64,000 bases of DNA from Octopus vulgaris (taxonomy: Eukaryota). The notes under the pieces are model-generated. The model worked only from the letters and a program-made list of their open reading frames with translations, was not told the DNA's origin and ran no database searches. The stretch is taken from assembly GCA_951406725.2 (NCBI GenBank), contig OX597838.1, positions 6,572,001 through 6,636,000 on the forward strand, read 5' to 3'. A program made the position numbers and the translations under genes. This document shows, one piece after another, positions 56,706 to 64,000 of this stretch (position 1 is the stretch's first letter; each line of letters starts with the position of its first letter).

Positions 56706-57131
56706 CTTTTTACTCTTTTACATGTTTCAGTCATTTGGCTGTGGCCATGCTGGAGCACCGCCTTTTCATTTTGTGCCAATCGACCCCAAGACTTATTCTT
56801 TGTAAGCCTAGTACTTATTCTATCGGTTTTTTTGCCGAACCGCTAAATTACGGGGATATAAACACACCAACGTCGGTTGTCAAGCGATGTTGGTGGTGGG
56901 ACAAACACACACACACACACACGCACATTAACACACACATACACACACATATATATATACATATATACGACGGGCTTCTTTGAGTTTCCGTCAACCAAAT
57001 CCACTCACAAGACTTTGGTCGACCAAAGGGTATAGTAGAAGACACTTGACCAAGGTGCCAATCCAGTGGGACTGAACCCGGAACCATATGGTTCGTAAGC
57101 AAGCTACTTACTACACAACCACGCCTACGCC
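56706..57131 (-). mobile_element. SINE family A, full length
   Basis: Collinear with 44526-44940. Confidence 0.9.
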
Positions 57132-57638
57132 TGTGTAGATACATAAACAGAGATATAGTGAGTGAAAGCGACCACATTACAAAATGTGCTTATATGCACC
57201 CATGTATCTTTATATGTGTGAGCGAGCGTGTGTGTGCGTACGCGTGTGTGTGTACGCGTGTGTGTGTACGCGTGTGCGCGTGTATATTCGTGTGTGCATC
57301 CATTAATTTAGTGTTCGGTAAACGTCTTTCAGTATGCTTATAAAAGCTCCAAATCCATAGTGCCGGCTCCGCATGTATATGATATCCGTAGGGTAGCTAG
57401 TTATGTTTCTTTATTGCCCACACAGGGCTGAACACAGAGGGGACAAAATACAAAATAGAGCCTTACTTTTTGCGAAGAGAAGTAAAATATATAAATATAT
57501 ATGTATAGAGAAGAAAGTTGGTTTGTGAAAGCACGTGGTTGAATATATAGAAAATAGTAAGAAGTGCAAAAAACTACAGAAGGCTTAAACTACAGAAGGT
57601 TAAAAAATATAAGCGATATATATATATATATATACACA

Positions 57639-57697
57639 TGGAGGCGCAATGGCCTAGTGGTTAGGGCAGTGGACTCGCGGTCGCAAGATCGTGGTTT
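57639..57697 (+). mobile_element. SINE family D tRNA-like head fragment
   Basis: tggaggcgcaatggcctagtggttagggcagtggactcgcggtcgcaagatcgtggttt. Confidence 0.75.
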
Positions 57698-58987
57698 AGG
57701 GAGAGAGACAGACAGAGAAACTAATGGATAGATATATAGATAGACAGACAGAGAGACAGACGGACGGACGGATAGAAAAATAGATAGATACATACGTATA
57801 GAGATGGATCGACAGACAGACAGTCGGGTGATGAGACAGACAGATAGATAGATACGTACATAAACAGACACTTATCATAGTATTTTCGTATGAGTGTATA
57901 AATATTATAATTTCCTAGTTCTAACAATTCCTGTCTAGTCTAGCATTTAAATGACAACTGCACATGCATGAAACCCACGCCTGCTACATTTTTCCATAGA
58001 GAGGAATCTGTAATTTGTAGTCATTCGTCTCCAGTGAATGTGAGCCAATATTTGTTACTGTACAGACTTATCTATTGGTTTGCACGTGTCTGCAATATTG
58101 AAATGCACTTTGAAATAGAAAAATCGATGAAAGCCGTGTTGATCGATTTCTAAGAATATTTTACATTAAGGGGAGTGAATATAAATCTGAATATGAATCA
58201 ATGCACAGTTAATGTTCATATGTAATATTATTGTGCAGTTGACCGACGAACATTAAAGCGAGTGAATATCTTGTATAACAAACAAAGGATCAATAGAGAA
58301 ACATATTGCATTTGCTAAGCTAATAGACACTCGAATACAATAGGAATTCGTCTTTTTAAGATGAAGATTCATTGAAGATGAGGTTTGGCAGATGAAGGCC
58401 GAAATATAAAGATGTGTGAAGCTTCTGTTTGGGAGATGGGAGTAGGTAAGATAGAGGTCTGCTAAGGTTCTTGTTGGGAGATGTGAGTAGGAATTTCAAT
58501 ATTTATGTGTGTTTAGTTTAAAAGATGGTGGGTGGAACTGAAAGATTCTCGAAGGTAAGATTCGGAAATATGAGGGTTGGAAGATAAGTTATTGTAACAA
58601 TGAGCTTTGTTGCATAAGATCCGGAAGTGGCCGGGCTGCATGTGTATTATAAAACTGTCATATTAAGAAGAGAAACGTTTTAAATGTAATGTTCTCGTGA
58701 GATTAGAAGAATCTGTGTCTGTGAGTTAGGGTTGACAGGCGAAAGGTGAAAGATGATGTTCTATGGAAATAATAATGTTTAGAAATTTAGAAAAAAAAAT
58801 ATGGTGATGGGATTTAGATGACATATGCATTTGAATATATGATTTGCATCGTGAAATTTTTCCGGTGATGAGTTGGTAAAATGGATTGTGAAAACCACGA
58901 GCGTGGTTATGAGGAAGGTACAATGGAGGCTAAAACTATTTTAACAATTCGGGGTAAAAATGCGGAGGTATGTTAAAGTAAAGTTAT

Positions 58988-59153
58988 GTGGACGCACATG
59001 GCCTAGTGGTTAGAGCAGCGGATTCGCGGTCGAAGGATCGGAGGTTCGAATCTCAGACCGGGCGTTGTGTGTGTTTATGAGCGAAACACCTAAGTTCCAC
59101 GCGGCTCCGGCAGAAAGTAATGGTGAACTTCTGCTAACTCTTTCGCCACAACT
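58988..59153 (+). mobile_element. SINE family D 5' half
   Basis: Matches 61774-61943. Confidence 0.8.
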
Positions 59154-59230
59154 CAATAATAATAATTAAAATTTAATTACAGCAAAATATTATTATCATT
59201 ATGATCAGTATTATTATTGTTGTTGTTATT

Positions 59231-59602
59231 CGGTAGTCCTACCTTTATCACGCGCTTTCACTGCCCTACCGAGTGCAGCTGTGTGTGCCTTGGGTATGTG
59301 TTGTGGTTTGTTGTGATATTCTTATTTTTACTGTATTGAAAGTGTTTTACGTAGAATGTGTGCGGCGCCTAGTAGCGCTATTTACCATGTGTTATTTACC
59401 CTTGGTGTTTTTGTTATGTATTTGTCTGAGTATTTTTTTTAATCGTACCTAATGCGCCTACTTATGAGAGTAATTGCTTTTGTATTTAGATTCCATGATC
59501 GAGTTACCTCTATTACCAGATCTTTGTATTTTGAAAATTTCTCCGTTTCTGTTTGAGAAACATTGTCATCTGTTGGTATTGATACATCGATTAGAAAGCA
59601 TT
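59231..59602 (-). pseudogene. R4/Dong-clade non-LTR retrotransposon 3' end (restriction-like endonuclease) inserted in (TAA)n
   Basis: Minus strand CFLIDVSIPTDDNVSQTETEKFSKYKDLVIEVTRSW...IALLGAAHILRKTLSIQ* (stop at 59328-59330), followed by a 3'UTR. Flanked by ATT repeats on both sides. Confidence 0.9.
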
Positions 59603-59619
59603 CTTCTTCCTCTTCTTCT

Positions 59620-59902
<283 letters not shown>

Positions 59903-60134
59903 GCTGAATTGAAGAGTTAAGATATGAAATAAATATTAAAGTTTGGTGTATTTGATTCATACTCACTGATTATACTTTAGATTTGATGAATCTCACAACC
60001 CCAGTCTCTCACAATTGATAATTATCGGTTCTATCTTATACAGGGAATTTCAATAATCGATATGTCAATTACAGTACTCTACACTATTTATTATATAACC
60101 GCTAACATTCTGGTAGGGAAGTTCATGTGTGCCT

Positions 60135-60616
<482 letters not shown>

Positions 60617-60897
60617 GAAAACTTGAAACCAACTATTTTGTTCAAGTGCAAGCAGTAGGAAACTGCAGATCTGATGACTCTAGGTTTCGGACGTTATCAA
60701 GAAGAAATCTATGCCTTCTTCGGGGCCTTCCTCTCAAAGGCATTACAGTCCTCCGGTCCTTTCACTTACGATGCCCCACCTAATGGTGCGAATGGCTCGT
60801 ATTCGACATTGATTTTGGCATCAAGACCTGTCCAGCCAGATCGATAGATATTCAGACACACATACATGTATCTGGAATGTTCATATATTCATATAAA

Positions 60898-61443
60898 AGC
60901 GTTGGACTTCTTTGGAGCAGGCGAAGAGATGCGCTTCCATTGCATGGATTACCCCTTGGTCTCTGGCTGAAAGCGATAAAACAAGCACTTATCCAGGGTT
61001 AGGAACCGTTCAGAGAAGCCGACTGGATCTGCCTGAAGCTATGTCAGATGTTCCTGTGATGCCACCGAGCAGAAACCTTCGTCATATCATCTTCATTGTA
61101 AAGAACATACTAAGCTCTCTCGCGGGATAGGCCAGTGGCATTGGATATTTGATTTATAGTCAATCGACGGTGGTGAACAGTTTCAATGTTTCTTTCGGTT
61201 GTGGCAGTCGCAAGACTTATTTGAATCGAACTTCCCCTCCTAAATTCCGTTACCCTCATTAACACGGTAAATTAATCTAGACCAAAAACCCCTAATGTAG
61301 AAACTATGACAGTATGGATATCTGTGGGGGTTAAGCAAGGCCTTTTCTACAAGGACTTGATAACACCACGATGCCAAATTTTGTCCGGTTTCAAGAGACG
61401 TCACAACTAGCTACATCTGAAGTCTTCTTTGAACCCTCATGTA
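60898..61443 (-). pseudogene. Mariner transposase N-terminal half, decayed
   Basis: DKIWHRGVIKSL..., EFRRG..ATATTERNIETVHHRRLTINQISNATGLSRERA, MTKVSARW and ERFLTLDKCLFYRFQPETKG*SMQWKRISSPAPKK. TIR-like tacatgagggttcaaag at 61427-61443. Confidence 0.9.
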
Positions 61444-61773
61444 TCATTTTACCTGGAAAGAAACAATGCTGCTATTTATAAGAATGCTGGCTATTGATGC
61501 CTGCAGGATTTCGCTGCTCTAGCGGCAACCCTTCTTAGTCACCCCGTATATGCGATATCAACATGGCAACACCCTCTGCTCGATTTCAAAGATATTCTTT
61601 GATTAAATACGAAAAGTAATTCCTTTGCCAATTTTAGCTATGTTGTTGTTGTTCTTCTTCGTTTCATCTTCAATGTGAATGATCGTGTTACAGTCTCGTG
61701 ATATCAGTTAGAGTGTGTATAATTTTCAAACCAGAGATTTGATCTTATCAGATGAATCATATATACCTTAAAT

Positions 61774-62161
61774 GTGGAGGCGCAATGGCCCAGTGGTTAG
61801 GGCAGCGGACTCGCGTTCGTAGGATCGCGGTTTCGATTCCCAGACCGGGCGTTGTGAGTGTTTATTGAGCGAAAACACCTACAGCACTACGAGGCTCCGG
61901 CAGGGCATGGTGGTGATCCCTGCTGTACTCTTTCACCACAACTTTCTCTCACTCTTACTTCCTGTTTCCGTTGTGCCTGTATTTCAAAGGGCCGGCCTTG
62001 TCACTCTCTATGTCACGCTGAATATCCCCGAGAACTGCGTTAAGGGTACACGTGTCTGTGGAGTGCTCAGCCACTTACACGTTAATTTCACGAGCGGGCT
62101 GTTCCGTTGATTCTGATCAACCGGAACCCTCGTCGTCGTAACCGACGGAGTGCTTCCATCC
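61774..62161 (+). mobile_element. Full-length SINE with family D head and family C tail, 11-bp TSD
   Basis: TSD ATACCTTAAAT at 61763-61773 and 62162-62172. 61977-62155 matches the reverse complement of 40502-40680. Confidence 0.9.
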
Positions 62162-62217
62162 ATACCTTAAATATACGCATAATTAATGCGTTCCAAACGT
62201 TTTGTTACTTGCAGGGA

Positions 62218-62324
62218 GTGTACGTATTACTACAAGACTCGATAAATACTAGACGCATATATCTTAATAAACTATAGACGTTCGATTAATAACGTCTCAG
62301 AAACTCGTGTAGTAATACACACAC
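62218..62324. repeat. Short inverted-repeat element, possibly a MITE
   Basis: gtgtacgtattactaca ... tgtagtaatacacacac. Confidence 0.4.
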
Positions 62325-63279
62325 GTATCTACTTATACAAAGACATATATACAAGGATTAATATATATACAGGCATAGGTACGTGTGTGTGTTTCTACAT
62401 TCATGTAAAATAATATTAATAATCTATTCTGAAGCAACTTTAAGAATAACAATTGTGCATCTGCTCTTAGTATGAATGATAATACAACGGAATTGTGTCA
62501 AATAGGATGTATCTAAACACAAACACACAAGTATACACACATTCATATATCATATATATATAAATGTGTGTGTATGTATTTATATATATATAAGTTAGAA
62601 GACATTCGTTAAAGCCGGGTATGTTAAAATCCTTGATAGCAAAGATTGCTTCATCCCACAGGTTGTGGTATTTTCCAAGAGATATAAAAATCATGTATAT
62701 CTGGGAATTAATCAATTCTGTGTCACATATTCCAAAGATTCAATTTATTTTATTTGGGTATTTTATTGTTTATTTCATTTAATTTTTCATTTTTATTTCT
62801 TTTCCGCAAAACTTTGCTTCAGTATAAGATAACAACAACGTTCCATGGTGTTCTAAGTCTTACGTCAATCATGAGAGGAAAAATTACGTTATGCCATAAA
62901 GTATAAAGTATCTATCTTTGCATAATAAGGAAGAAAAATTAACGTTTGCCAAATAATATTCATGAGCTTGTCATATGCCAAAAACGGATGAGGTCGCAGT
63001 GATACGGAATGCGAAGTTTTAATTTATTAAATATTTTCTTTCTACACAATGAAAGTCGAACACTTCATGTAAGAGAGAAACACACTGAGGCAGAAGAAAA
63101 AATATATATGGAAGGCAGTGTTTAAGATTGACACAGTCTTCTTTGCGATCTACGAAGGCATCAGATTGCAAAGACGCAAATTGTTTGTATTGATTATTTC
63201 AGTGTGTGTGTCTATGTGTGTATGTGTTAAATGTTAGAGTTTGTGTTTGTGTGTTTATATCTATGCATCTATATGTGTG

Positions 63280-63780
<501 letters not shown>

Positions 63781-63881
63781 ATAGTAATGGTATGACAAAA
63801 AAGAAATGAATGAGACCTCAATATTATGTAAATAGAGGAATTTATCTGTAAATATACTATGTGACAATTATTCAGTTGGCC

Positions 63882-63944
63882 TAATAAAGCTCCGAGTTTC
63901 GGAAGTCGGAGAGGAAATCTGCTCCGGTATCTCGTCAGTTATTA
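63882..63944 (-). ncRNA. Hammerhead-like motif, partly decayed
   Basis: Minus strand UAAUAA-CUGACGA-GAUAC-CGGAG..CUCCG-ACUUCC-GAAA-CUCGGAG-CU-UUAUUA: 6-bp stem I and intact CUGANGA/GAAA, but U16.1 appears as C and lower stem II is weak. Confidence 0.55.
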
Positions 63945-64000
63945 AGAAAATCATATGTATATATATATGTGTGTGTGTGTGTTTGTGTGTGTTTGTGTGT

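Noticed and set aside
58300-58930. Possible Penelope GIY-YIG remnant and CAGATGAAGGCCGAAA motif
   Set aside because: Peptide similarity is too weak, and the motif has no stem II loop.
61776-61850. tRNA-like sequences here and at 57639, 58988 and 40750-40826
   Set aside because: They are SINE heads that continue into SINE bodies, with TSDs at two copies, and have no proper acceptor stem.

Overview
This is AT-rich eukaryotic DNA made almost entirely of microsatellites and transposable-element relics. The SINE families and repeat style suggest an octopus (cephalopod) intron or intergenic region; that assignment is inference. No intact protein-coding gene is recognisable, and nearly all ORF-track entries are translations of (TA)n, (CA)n, (GATA)n and (ATT)n repeats. 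Recognisable content: about 25 tRNA-derived SINE copies or fragments from several head/tail families; decayed RTE, Tx1/L1 and R4/Dong LINEs; a mariner transposase relic; probable piggyBac and Penelope relics; and hAT-like MITEs. The most notable signal is a set of minimal type-I hammerhead ribozyme motifs with palindromic stem III, the form known from Penelope-like pLTRs. One, at 20331-20410 on the minus strand, has a fully intact catalytic core and lies about 150 nt downstream of a 106-bp near-perfect inverted repeat. Other sequence families carry variant cores. Several inverted SINE arrangements could also form long dsRNA.
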